Source: Podarcis pityusensis (Eukaryota). From it: a DNA stretch of 64,000 nt. Location: assembly GCA_964106645.2 (NCBI GenBank), contig OZ067043.1; one strand, given 5' to 3'. The position numbers and the translations under genes are program-made. Position 1 is the first letter of the stretch. The number at the start of each line of letters is the position of its first letter. The notes below the pieces were generated by a model. It saw nothing but the letters and a program-made list of their open reading frames with translations. It was not told the DNA's origin and searched no databases. Positions 26,685 through 39,213 of this stretch are shown one piece after another.

Positions 26685-26800
26685 TAAGAATCGTCCTGCT
26701 GGCTCAGTCTAGAGGCCCATCTTGTCCAACCTGTTATCACAGTGGTCAGCCAGCTGCCTTGGGGAAGCTTGCAAGCAGAACATCAGTGCAACAGCACTCC
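26685..26800 (-). mobile_element. CR1 3' UTR fragment
   Basis: CCTGCTGGCTCAG..GGCCCATCTTGTCCA..CACAGTGGTCAGCCAG..GCAAGCAG, homologous to 1-90. Confidence 0.75.
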
Positions 26801-26989
26801 ATCCCTTTTATTTAAATCATGTGTTTTTCCCAGGATGTGGGTGGATATGCTCTAACTAACCTGCCACGCTTCTGCGAAGAGTGAAGAAGAGCTGTTATCA
26901 GGCACAGAGAGGGCTGGAAGCGGACGCACCATGCTTCCTTCCCTAACACTCTGCCCAGGCTGTTCTTAAAAATTTATTACTCTGTTGCA

Positions 26990-27280
26990 ACATGAAAAAT
27001 AAGACAGAGAAGCAATCATTAGTATAACTATAACTCCCCGTGCAATAGTCACACTTGTAAATTGAGATTTATGATTGCAGCTGCCGATATTTTAGAGCAG
27101 GGTGCCTGCGCCGGCATCAGCAAAGCCCCGCTGCTCGCTGCCCCGGCGCTGTTACAGTTTATCACAATCTGCAGAGATTATTGCAATGAATAATACAGAA
27201 CAGGCTGGCAGTGAAGAACTATTCCCGATCAAACGCTTCTGTAAACAACTGAATAAATAATATTTCTCATCCCCTCTTTG
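26990..27280. promoter_or_regulatory. Putative conserved non-coding element
   Basis: AGATTTATGA (Pbx-Hox type), GTAAACA (Fox), ATTGCAAT, CpG-rich core; TE-free. Confidence 0.5.
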
Positions 27281-29056
27281 AAGCCCTTGCGGGCCTGGGG
27301 AGATCACTCATTGCACAGTAGAAGAGCTAAGGGCTTGGGGAGAGTGTGGGGGGGGGGGAGAGATGGTCATTAGAATAAATGCAACACCAGGCATGCGGTG
27401 GAAGCTCTATGAAGACCAAGCTCTATCAGTCACAGCTCACAAAACCTCCACTTGTTTACGGAGGAGCAGCCAGTGAAGAAGGGGCATGACTAAGACTGTA
27501 TCACAAGTCTGTGGCAGAGAACAGATTGAATACCCAGTCTTCTGAAATTTAGCCCAGTGAAATTGAGAAATAATCAGCTAGGATTGAGCCAAGTATTATT
27601 TCAATACATATCTACTTGTCTAAGTAAATGAAAAGATCACATTGAAAGACAACAGAGAAAGAGGCAGACAAGAGAAGGAGGAATTTGCTCACAGGCAGGT
27701 TCAGGAGCAGGTGCAAGTATGATGAAACGACATCCCCCGAGACACACCAGGGCTGCCTCTCAGGCCATGTAGAGTTTGAGGGTATGCAGGGAGGCCAGAC
27801 TCTCCGCATGCATAAATGTCAATAAGTAATGTAACATGATGAGGATTATGTGCCAGCAACTGCAAAAAGGGCATATCTTGCAGGATGTTATACGATAAAG
27901 TTCACCTCTGGAACAGCCTTCAATTTTTCACTGCTACAGCAGAGCCATTCTTGTCTCTCTTTAACCTGTTCTGTGTGGTTTCAGTGTTCAGCATGACAGC
28001 TCAAGTATTGGGGAGCCAAAGGGACGTTAGGCCAGAGCTTTCTATTTTTCTATAATACTACTGAATTATTTCAAGAAAGGCACCCCATTCAATTTTTTTG
28101 TCATCCCAGTCTAGGAGACTGGATGGAAATATGGCATACATGTTCATAATATTCATAGTTAACAAGGGAACATGGAACAGGAACCAAAGGTTTATTCTGG
28201 GACATGAGCACACAGCTTTTGTGGGGGGCGGGGCTGAAACCCCTGCACCACCACTTTGCCTTATAGAAAACAGGCAGTTTTAGTGCTGCATGAAAAGGTC
28301 TTACGGTGAGTGTGGGAATGGGAGAAACCAAGTCACATTATTTAATTAATTACTGTAGGATAGCTAATTTCATTCATAGTGATGAAAAATGAAATAGCTT
28401 TGCAAAATGCACTTGAATGTCTGGTGCCCCTAAGATGGTGTGAGAGCAAAGGAAGCACAAGAGAGAGATGCACACCAGTAGAGCAGAGCAACTCCCAAGG
28501 GAAGTTCTGCCTCATTCAGGCTTAGAAAGACAAAACAACCCTCCAAGGTCATGAAGGTAAGAGGCAAGGATTAATCTGATTTTTGGGGCCTTGGCTATTA
28601 GCTTAGAGGGCTTGTCTGTATGGATTGCTCTAGCTTCCTCTCTACCTCCAGAAAAAAAAGTGAAGAGGAATACCTTTTTATAAAGTTTCTCAACAGTTCT
28701 GACTTACACCTCTATTCAGATTGCTGCTGCCCTTATTCTCACTGTCTTCTGGCTCTCCTTTACCCATTTTTCTTCCTATCTTACTTGAGAAAGACACCCT
28801 AGCTATATTCTGAATTTGTACTTATCTTCTCCTTGGACCACCACTAAGGTTGTTCCAAATACTGTCTTTCCCAGGGTCTTAGGATCACTTTACATTACAC
28901 TGATGTTTCACCATATAGTCCAACAGCTTGTTTCCGATGGCTGAGACAATGGATTTAAATGTTCATGCCTGAGAAACATATTTATAGTATCAACTGCTTA
29001 GACCACCATTTCCATCCCATTGCCACAGTGAGTTCCAAGATGATGTTTCCATAGCC

Positions 29057-29160
29057 GGTGGAGTCAACTAACTTCTACTCAGAGTAGACCCATTGAGATA
29101 AATGACCATGACTTAACCTAAGTGGGGTCTACGCTGAGTAAAAGTTAGTTGAATACAGCC
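29057..29160. mobile_element. Short palindromic MITE
   Basis: TCAACTAACTTCTACTCAGAGTAGACCC ... GGGTCTACGCTGAGTAAAAGTTAGTTGA, near-perfect inverted arms. Confidence 0.85.
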
Positions 29161-29459
29161 TTGTGTATAGAATTTAGAAGGATATCTTGTTAATATTATC
29201 TCTCATCCCAATTGACTACTAATATTTCATAGATCCCCTTAGGAAATGCTGTGGCACCAAGTCTGGAAGCAGATACAGATTGCAGTTCCTGTTCTTGCAC
29301 GGTCTGTATTGGCCCTAGATGTGAACCATACACAGTATGGGCCTTATTCCTTTCTGAGTTTTAGCCAAGTCTTTGGTTATGTTCTTTCTCAACCATCCCA
29401 CCAAGAACTAACAGAGATAATTACTAAAGTCCTGTATATTTGCTGGGCACTTACAACTA

Positions 29460-29682
29460 CAGTGGTACCTCAGGTTACAGATGCTTAAGGTTACATACTC
29501 CGCTAACCTAGAAATAGTACCTTGGGTTAAGAACTTTGCTTCAGGATGAGAACAGAAATTGTGCGCTGGCAGCGTGGCGGCAGCAGGAGGCCCCATTAGC
29601 TAAAGTGGTACCTTAGGTTAACAGTTTCAGGTTAAGAACGGACCTCCAGAACGAATTAAGTTCTTAACCCGAGGTACTGCTG
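29460..29682. mobile_element. Tc1/mariner (Tigger-like) MITE
   Basis: TA-CAGTGGTACCTCAGGTTA...TAACCCGAGGTACTGCTG-TA. Confidence 0.92.
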
Positions 29683-29929
29683 TACTTGGAAAGGTATCAA
29701 CAAATGAATGGCAAAAGTCTGGCCCCTGGGAAGACATTCTCCACTACAGAGACACCAGTAAATAATGCACAATTTTCTGAGGCTGGCCAAACTCCCAAAT
29801 ACCCCAGCTTTTGTGAGGCCAGGAATAACTTCACTTTGCATTCTGAATGCGAGCCAATCATTCCACTTTCCTCAAAGGGCCCCGGTGGGACAAGGGCCCA
29901 GTCTCAGCGGAGAGAGGTGGTGAGTCTGT

Positions 29930-30300
29930 GCTCTATGAGCAGGAATCGGTTCCAATTAATCCCCTCTCAGCTTGGCCTGCCCGCTTCATTACCTCCCCTT
30001 GATGAGAACCATCAGTGGGGCCTGTATGATTTTGCTAATTAGCCTCACTTCGTTTATCATTTCCATTTTCTCTCAGCGACGCACGGCTTGCTGGGCGACA
30101 GCTTCATCTCCTGCTGAAACAATGCGGCCCCTTCTGTGCCTGTCTCACTTAGCGCTGTCACTGCAGCCATTATGAAATTGGGGTTTCATTTACACACTAA
30201 TTAAACATTACAGCTTGTTCACAATTACAACACGGGGATGAGGAGGTAACTAATTACTTAAGAAATGAGCTAACATTTATCTCCAATTCTCTTCTTTATC
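29930..30300. promoter_or_regulatory. Putative conserved non-coding element
   Basis: CAATTAATCC, GCTAATTAGC palindrome, CTAATTAAAC, AACTAATTAC, AACAATG (Sox); retained CpGs. Confidence 0.55.
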
Positions 30301-30589
30301 CATCTCCCCTCCCCACTCCCTCTGCAATCAAGATTAGATTGTTGTTCAACAGAGATGGTGCTGGAGGCCCTTGGTAGCCTCAACCCATGCAGCCCCCCTT
30401 CTGAGTACACTTTGCGGGGTTCGGTCGTAGGACAATAAATCAGTCCCTAATTGCTTCTAAGGTTGCAGGGGACCACCAGAGTCACTAACACACCAGACAA
30501 AGGCTGAGGAAGCAAGCACCTTGGCACTCGCCCCAAGTATTGTTAGGGAGGGCGGTTGAGTTGATGCATGTGTCTCCCCCACCCCACCT

Positions 30590-30910
30590 CAGGTAATAAT
30601 AAGAAAAATACACGGGGACCAGCATTTTTCATCTGGGGAAAACAGACTAATTCATTGCTAATTTACCTCTGAAAAAGGCCTCTGACCCCTATTCTTAATC
30701 ACTGCTTTGCATCAGGCGCTGCTCTAGGTGTTTGTGATTATGCCCTGTCCTTCATTAAGCCAGTAGCCCAGCCCCACAATATTTACTGACTTGCTCCCCT
30801 CCAAGTGGTCACAGTCTCGGGCTCAAATATGTGTTTGTATTTGTGCTGTTATAATCCAGAACCAGGCAGTACAAGCAATGAGGAAAATCAATGGTTCTTT
30901 TTATTTCCCC
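30590..30910. promoter_or_regulatory. Putative conserved non-coding element
   Basis: TE-free with multiple TAAT sites (CTAATT x2, TTAATCA, GATTAT, CATTAA). Confidence 0.4.
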
Positions 30911-31642
30911 AGGGAGGCGTAGACGGGGAGTTAACTGCCACAACAGTTTGGGCTGGAGCCAACACCACGGTTCCCTTCTGATTTGGTCATTCCTGTCACA
31001 TAGGGAGCCAAGCTAGTCTTCTTGGAATGTTGCAACAGAGACTAAGCTGTTTGTCAAACAGTATTCACCCCCTTCCTACCCACAAAAAAATTACCTTACT
31101 GAGTAAAGCTAAGCTTTTGGTTTAACGTGCCTACTTACCTGTTTAAAATTAGTTTGCTTGTAACACTTTTTAAAAAAACACTGAAGTACTTTAATGAAGT
31201 TTGGTGTGCATGTTCTAGATTTCAAGTTTTAAAACCAGCTCAGCCTCCATACCCATCCTCAAAGTGAGAGAGGGACATGCAAAATATTATGCTATTTGCC
31301 TAAAAGGCAGAGACATCAGGAAGAATGTTGGTGTGCACGTTAGAACATTTTTTTAAAAAGGGATGCAGATTACAAAATATCTTGGTACATGATTATTTAA
31401 AGTAAGAACTCTAGAATGTTGTCATTTACTAATAATATTTGTGCTTTATTCGTATTATTTGTATTGCACAAATGTTCTGAAATGGAGCAATTAATACTTA
31501 GAAGGACAGCTATTACAAAAAGGACTCTTGGCTCAAAATCAGAACAAACTGCCAAAATGTGTGCTTATTGGTTTCATGCATCTCCCACTCTTCCTTTAGA
31601 ACTAATTAGTTAAGAAATGAGCTAACTTTTATATCAAATTCT

Positions 31643-31813
31643 GCTCCCCTTTGTTTTACCATGTTTGTCTCACAACCAACCCAGTGCGGTAGGCTATACT
31701 GAAAGATAGTGACTGTTCAAGGCTCTGCCAGTAAGCCATGTGGAGCTTTTCTGAGTGGAGATTTAAACCTAAGTTTCCCACATACAAATCAATATTCTAG
31801 CCACACCACCACA
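31643..31813 (-). mobile_element. Degenerate Squam2/MIR-like SINE
   Basis: CTCACAACCAACCC..GCGGTAGGCT..CTGA body, reverse B-box GAGATTTAAACCT, reverse head CCACACCACCACA. Confidence 0.65.
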
Positions 31814-32604
31814 AATGTTATTATACACTCTGTTTACAGAGAAAAACAATTGTAGATGCACCATTCCTTCAAAAGCCAGGGATCCTAAGGGCTAGGGCAA
31901 TATTGCAGGAAGGGTTGGATGGGCCAGGCCCAGAATAAAACCTTTTCCTTGAGATGGGTTTCCAGTCAGGCTATCAGAGCCGTTGCCAGCATTTATATAT
32001 CCAAATAGGTGCAGGCATGACTGTGGTGCAATATGAGAGGCCAAGAAGGGAAGATGGCCCAGGGGTGGGGGTGGAGAAGGGGCACAGATGCAGCTAACTG
32101 GCTGGGTAGGCATGATGTCTGTCTATGTTCTCAACTACAGGGGTTGAGATGGACCTTGCACACACTCTGATGTGTTCAACTCAGTGACGGCCAACTCATC
32201 TTGAAGATACATTTTCTTCAGGGAGGAATTAACATTTACAAATGAGACCTATTAGAGTAAATAAAGGCGATTGTCACTTGGCTCAGGAGGCAATGGAGAC
32301 CATAGGCTTAGATACAAATCTGATTAGGGAGATGAGCCATTTGGAGGGGGAGGCAGCCTTTGGCATTGATTGGGTGTGCATGTGTATGTGTGTTATTTAT
32401 TTATTGACTTGGACACAGGAGCATTGTGCATTTAGCCTAGGCAAAGCAGCAGAATGGCAGGGGACATGCTTATGAGGCAGATTTGGAATGGACTAGGCAG
32501 GTTGGTGAGGAATATTACCACAATTATCAGGTCAAAATAATCTGGACATGGGGGCACGAAACAGAATGACACCGCTGAGACCAACAGTATACCTTCCTTT
32601 GCAA

Positions 32605-32883
32605 GGGTTGCGGGTGACGTCGTGGTCTAAACCACTGAGCCTCTGGAGCTTGCTGATCAGAAGGTCAGCGGTTTGAATCTGTGTGACTGGGTGAGCTCCT
32701 GTTGCTCCATCCCAGCTTCTGTCAACCTAGCAGTTTGAAAACACACCAGTGCAAGTAGATAAATAGGTATCACTTCGTCAGCAAGGTGCCGGCTCCCTCG
32801 GCCTAAAAGCAAGATGAGCGCCACACCCCAAAGTCGCCTTTGACTGGACTTAACTGTACGGGGTCCTATACCTTTTTACCTTA
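32605..32883 (+). mobile_element. Sauria SINE (Squam1) with internal deletion
   Basis: GCGGGTGACGTCGTGGTCTAAACCACTGAGCCTC..GCTGATCAGAAGGTCAGCGGTTTGAATC head, GTGCAAGTAGATAAATAGGTA core, GAGCGCCACACCCC..GGGGTCC..(TTTACC) tail. Confidence 0.92.
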
Positions 32884-33849
32884 CATTACTTTTAAGCTAG
32901 CATACAAAAAAAAAATCTGTTACTGAGTTGAGTGGTCTGATTAGAATGCAATAATGCCCTCATATAACATGTCATGCTGGGGTAAAAGACCATAAGCTCC
33001 AACAGATTTGATGGCAAAACCAGCAAGAAAGGAAAGAGGAGAGGAAAGACAAATTAGGATTACCAAACTAAAGCACCAAATGCTGTTGCCTACAAACCCA
33101 ACTGAAGAAGAAAAATGCCACCATACCTGAAAATGCTTCTTAACTGTTTTGGTAACCTGAAGAGGGTCTTTCCTAGTAAAGTACCAGAACAGTAGGGAGG
33201 CTGACCTGGAGCCAGTTCCAAACAAACTGAAATTGGGGGTGAGGTGCTACAACTTTTAATCCACGTTTCCCAGAAAGAAAGTCTGATTTATGCAAATAGA
33301 AATGTGGAGCTTCTTGAAAGAGAACCAGTACGTGACAAACCAATCTCGTGAAGTAACTTGCTGCCTGTTTTTCTAGTGATACTCACCACATCATCACAAA
33401 ACCACAAAGAAAGAAGATATGCACAAGGCCTGGTGAAACTGGAGTGGCAGAAGATTTCACACAGCTTGCCACACACAAGCATCACCCAGGTTCACTGCAG
33501 CCAGTGTTGCTTGTGTTAACTTTAAAAAATAAATGCCTGGACATTATGAAGGTCCCCAATTGTTCCTTGGCTACATAATCCTGGAGTGTACCATGGACAG
33601 GGGTAGTTGTCTCACAACCAACCCAGTGCGGTAGGCTATACTGAAAGATAGTGACTGTTCAAGGCTCTGCCAGTAAAGCGCTCTCACGAGAGAGCGCTTT
33701 AGGAATGCGTAAAATATATGGGCCTAGAAATAGTTAAAGAATGAACAGGGATGGGGCTCTGTGGACTTTAATAATAGTAACTCCTCATTCTCATAGTTTT
33801 TATCCTTCCTGTCTTTGGCCTACAAAAAAATTCTCAGCTAAACTACTGA

Positions 33850-34080
33850 CACCGGCTGGGAGCTTAGAACTCCCAAATCAAACAGGGCCCTTGATTCTCC
33901 AGCACATAATTGTGCTGCCCTTTCACCCCCACCTTCAATCAGTGCCGTTTAACTATCTCGTTTAGCCTACGCGACCCACCCCTCTGCTAACTAGCAGCCA
34001 TATTCTTCTCATTAGGACAGAGGCTGCTCTTGCTTTACAGACAAGTAGAGACAAATCTGTAATGTCTCTCTCAACACAGT
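33850..34080. promoter_or_regulatory. Putative conserved non-coding element (twin of 37600-37730)
   Basis: TE-free; shares collinear motifs with 37607-37727 (see findings). Confidence 0.45.
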
Positions 34081-35559
34081 TATATATAGAAAGGGTTTGA
34101 CGGGGGGGGGGGGTCAGGCAATCATGGTCTCCCACAAAACAGCCCAGCTTGCATCTGTCTCAGCCTGAATAATAAACCAGAAAAATTACTGTATTTACCT
34201 TGCTCTTATTCCAGTAAATAAACATCAGGAAAGGGGGGGGTGGTGGTGGTAGGGAGGTTCACTCACCACAGAGTATATCTTTATACAAAATGGATGCCCT
34301 TACTGTGGGACAAAATGTTTCCAAGGTAAAGAGACAAGCACTCTCACAAAGCCTTGGGTAGTCTTTGTTCATCAGGAGCACCTTTCTCCAGAACAAGAAA
34401 AATTACGACTTTTTGTTCAAGAGCAAACTGTACCTCTCTGCAGTAGTGCAGCTAGCAATGTTGGGGGAAGTTGGGTTAATTATTCATTCTGTGTACTCAT
34501 CCTCTGCCTGAGAGGTTCACTTTTAAGCTTCTCCGTCTTATGGGTCACTCAGAATCCAGAAAAACCCAAGTATCACTATGCCAAACAAAATATCCCCAAT
34601 CCTTCTATAGTCTATTCCACCAAAGAAGCATCCATATGCTATTATGTAAACACACCTATTCTCTTATGTACCATTCCATTTGCTCTGTATTTGCTAATTG
34701 TAGCTGTCAACGATTGGGCATAGAAAGCAGAAAGCTTCTCTTCAGCACAGTGACCAGGACCTCTGACATGACAAATCAGCATCACCCAAGCCAAAGTATA
34801 TCAACTGTTATGCTCCTGCTGTTCCAGAAATTTTTGGAAGCCCAGCATGAAAAATTGAGAATGGAATACACCAATCTTCTGCAGACTGTATCTCAGTAAC
34901 CATTCATTGGCCAATATCTATTACTTAGTTTTCAGGCCACAGGAAATGCAGGGCTTCCAGGTACCATCCAAACACCAGGCTTGAGATTTTACATTGTTGA
35001 AAGACAGAACCTCAAGTATAGCTTTGAGAGCTATTGAAATGAAATTATAGTAAGACAATGTTCAGCCTTTCCCATCCTATACTGACACCATGTTAAGGTA
35101 CTTAACTGTATAAATAGATTTTCAGAAATACATCAGTGGAAGAACTGGTTCATTTCCTTACTCCAATACATGTAGGTGTGTTTCTTTGGTAGAGACCTAT
35201 CAGTAAATAATATAATCTATCAATAGAAATAAAACCAGCAGCTGCCCCAAAGTGATGTAAGTTATATGAGACAAAGATGTAGATCAGTTAATTAGGTTTT
35301 CCTCCTTTTCTGATGATGAGAACCCCAGCTGGGGGGGGGGGGGGAACCTTACTTCTTCCTAAAAGCTGGTGGCCTACCACAGAACATGTCTTTTGGGTGG
35401 TGACACCTATTCTTTGAACTCCACCTCTTAACACAGTGCAGCAGACTCGAGAACTTGCCCCTTTAAAACCTTCCTTTACAGGCCTGCTTTTTATTACAAG
35501 GGCTTGGGGTTTTTGTTTTTTTCATGCCTACTTCAAGTTTACCATGTTGTTCTTTTTAT

Positions 35560-35710
35560 TAAGAACACAAGAAGAGCTTGCTGGATCAGGCCAAGGGCCC
35601 ATCTAGTCTGCCAACCTGTGCTCACAGTGGCCAACCAGATACCTATTGGAAGCCCACTTGCTCAGCAGCTGCAGTTTCCAGCAACTGGTAATTCAGAAAT
35701 ATACTGCTTC
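35560..35710 (-). mobile_element. CR1 3' UTR fragment
   Basis: AAGAACACAAGAAGAGCTTGCTGGATCAGGCCAAGGGCCCATCTAGTC...CACAGTGGCCAACCAGAT...TTTCCAGCAACTGGTA. Confidence 0.85.
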
Positions 35711-35924
35711 CAAATTCTGTACTTTTTCTGCATTGTTAAAATTCTCTGAAGTATTAATTGTACCTCATTGTAGGGTTTATTATTATTTTTTTAAAAAAAA
35801 CATGTTGCAAAATAACAAGTGAAAAGGTTGGGCTTTTTCTTAAATTGGGGCAGCAACTTGTTGCAGAAATGCATGGTTTTGGTCACATTACTAATATTCT
35901 ATACTGATATATACCAGAAGCCAT

Positions 35925-36085
35925 GTATTTGAGCTTGAAAGTTGGACAATCTTTCCCAGGCCTGCAAAAGAGCTCTGTGATGTTTTAAAGCTTGTCTCTT
36001 CTTCCAAGAAATGGTAGTCCAATAAGAGATTCTACTTGACCCACCTTGTCAGTCTCTTGCTTGCATCCTGGGACTAATACGGCTG
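35925..36085 (+). mobile_element. Penelope-like element terminal fragment
   Basis: CTG.AAAAGAGCTCTGTG..AAAGCTTGTCTCT..GTCCAATAAGAGAT..AC..ACCCACCTTGTC..ATCCTGGGACTAATACGGCT resembles the sauropsid Penelope terminal repeat (from recall). Confidence 0.65.
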
Positions 36086-37599
36086 TGATCAGCTATTAAA
36101 AACATTCCAAGTTCATTATCTTGCAAAGACCAGCCAGGACATGGGGCAGTGAGGCTTAAACCAATTAACAGAACACTTCAGTTTTTAAGCAAGAAGAAGC
36201 TGTGAGTCAGGTCTTCAAGAGAGGGATGTCAATGCAACAGGAAGAAACATGTCACGGGTCACAGCAACTCTGAACAGAGGGGCCTGTTAGATCTTAACGA
36301 TGGTTGGGAAAAGCTGGTCAACTCAGGTCAGATAGTGCTGTTGCCAAGTCTGGGCTCTGCCACAGAATGCTTCCAAAGAAAGAAAACTTGAAGTTTTCAA
36401 GAGCAATATAGAAGTCAGCCAGATCTCCTAGAAAACGGGAATCCTGCAAGCAGCACAGTGCGAAAGTGAATGATCAAGCTCCTCATATACTGGCAAAAAT
36501 CTCATGTAGTCCCTAAACAAAATACCTGGTGAACGTATGCAGGAATTTCACCTCTGATGTTAGTGGGGGGGGGGGGAATCAAACAGATGAAAATAACAGA
36601 AATGGACAGAATAGGACTAAACAAAAAAAAAACTGGACTTAGTTTTAACTAGGCACACTTAGAACAGCTCTTTCTGTTAGGCTGACAGAAATAAATACAT
36701 AAATGGATGGTTAAAGAGATTATTTTGTCCTGACCATGAACACTTAAGAAGAAAATGCTCAACATGAAAGGGCCTCTTTCAGAAGCAAATGGTGTCAAAG
36801 GAAAAAAACTTATTCTAATTATATAATTAATATTATCATACCACCCAGCTTCGTATCTTGCTTCTGAGTGAAGTTACATAGAACCAGAAATCAAAGGCAA
36901 GGGAGGGCCTAGTAGGTATGCAGAACAAAAATAGGATGTGTTATGAATTCCAAAGACGAATTCCAATTTGAGAAGTATTTGGCATCTCTAATTATAAAAA
37001 AATCTCTGAGCCCAGTTTTTAAACTGCTCTCCTTTTCTCATCTCAAGCCAGGTAAGACAAGAGGAGAAGCTGGTAGTTGTTCTGGGCTTCAAAAATTCCA
37101 ATAGATGAATGATTGAAAATTCAGTAATACACACTCAATCAAAACACTCATAGGTAAACCCTGAAAGAGATAAAACATCACGGCAGAGACAATCAAGGGT
37201 GATCAATTTTGAATGAAACAATTTTTTGGCCTTAAAATCCAGAACATTTTGTGACGACATCCACCTGTCTCCAGTTTGAAAGTCCTGATAACTAGTTCCA
37301 AACAGAGCCAACTAAACTTATGCCCATTTAGCACAGTGGCTACGGTAAGTCAACATCCCATTATTAGCTGTCCATTAGTCAATTGGCTTTAGGTGGGAGA
37401 ACTATGTTTAAAAGATCACGCTATACCTCACACATGCTGGGTAGCAAGACACCCCTTACTGTCCCCCTGTCCAAAGGGAAACTTCTTTAAAGGCCTATTT
37501 CAATCCTTGCCAACCCTTTTTTGCTAGAGGAAAAGGGGAGGGATAGTAGGAAGTTAAAGAGAATTGTCTTGCTACTCAAAGCCTTTAACAACTATTTTT

Positions 37600-38400
37600 A
37601 ATATCAGGCTGAGGAGCTGGATTTTGAAATGAAACAGCCAGTTCCCCTTTGATGCAGGAACTACAGATCTTGAAACAAGGTCCAATCCCTCCTCCTTCAC
37701 TAACTAACAGCCATATTTCTCTCATTAAAAGGCAATCTGACTGTATTTCCAAACTTCTTAACAAGGCGATCACCGTAATTTGAGGTTTCTATTATCCCTG
37801 TCCTATTTCAGTTGGATCGAGAAGCAGTGTGCTCTTTGGGGGCTGGGGGGGGTGCAGTTGCCTCTGTTCACCACCCTCTCAAACTGCTGCCAGTGATAAT
37901 GATGACTTGTGAATATTGATTAAACAAGACTACCGAGAGGGGGATGTTGGCTTTTTTTTGTTCTGGGTGGAAGCAGATAATAAGAAATAAAATATAAGCC
38001 AAATCAAAATGAAGTTTGTTTATCTCCCATCTAGAGTTTGGTCTTATACCTCCTGGAGAATACAAATTAATCTGATGCACCCTTTCTCCTTCCTATCACT
38101 TCCAATCTCCCATCACCCTGTCCCCTTCCCAAACGCACAGAGCCAGAGCTCCAAAACACCTCCCTCTTTGGATCGTTCTCTGCCCGCCCAGCACCCTCAC
38201 TCCTCTGAGCCAGCTCTGCCAGATGGATGCAATTTGCATAATATCACCAGCAGAGGCTGCAGGATCAACAGGGGTCAGGCTCTGACATCTCCAGCACAGT
38301 CTATCTCCGAGTGCTAATTTGGACTGCATTGATCTCTCTTTCTGATTTCTTTGTCATTTATGTCTGCAGCAGTTTGACAGGAGATATGGAGACAGGCAAG
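37600..38400. promoter_or_regulatory. Putative conserved non-coding element cluster
   Basis: CCTTTGAT (TCF), GCCATATT (YY1-like), TGATTAAAC, octamer ATTTGCAT at 38232-38239, TGACAG; TE-free. Confidence 0.5.
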
Positions 38401-39213
38401 GTGGGGGGGAGAGAGGCAAGTGGGGGGAAGCAAGGAGAGAAACAAAGATTGTAGTTACAGATGTCTTTAAGGAAAGAAAAAGATTAAGCCAAGGACTCCG
38501 CTGAGGGTCGAAGCTCAGAGACATCCTAATTACCTTGTTCTTAGGGATTCTTGTACAGACTTAGAGGGGGGTCTTGTCATGGAACTTGCAGGAAAGGAAA
38601 CTTGTTAAATTGCAATGGAGTGCCTCCAGTTGTCTGCTATCCACACACCCCCATAGCCCACCCCCATGCCACACCTCTCAGTGGTTTCTTATTAGGTAAA
38701 TGCCGGGCTGCTAAAAGCCAGAATCATCCACCAGCACATCCTCACCTCCATACCTCTCCAGAATGTCTCATTAAAGACAAAAACAAGGCCGCTCCAAAAT
38801 GCAGCCAGGTGCCAGCTCAAAAAGCTGGCAATGAGCAATCTCCCTGCCACACACCCACAGTTTGGAATGTAATGGGGAAAGTCCAGCCCCTCTCCCCAGC
38901 ACCATCAGTGCCCAGCCACAATGCAGGATGCTTTCTGCTTTGATTATGTTTTCACGTTGTTTTATGCATTTAATATTCAACTTTAATGCCAACCAACTTG
39001 AGGGCCTTTGATAGACAGAAAAGATGTGGGAGGGGCCAAGCATGCTATAAATACTCTCCTACTTTAAGCAAAACTCTGTTAGATACACCTATTCAAAACA
39101 TTCCATTTACACTCATTTTTATGCACTCTGCACGATCTTTTGCCTGCCCATTTCCCAAAGCATCAAGATTCAACATGTTGGTAGCCAGCCAGCATTTGAA
39201 GAGCATATCTCCT

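Noticed and set aside
33674-33701. Hairpin as a terminator or miRNA precursor
   Set aside because: Eukaryotic context, no U-tract, and the stem is too short for a pre-miRNA; better explained as a repair junction.
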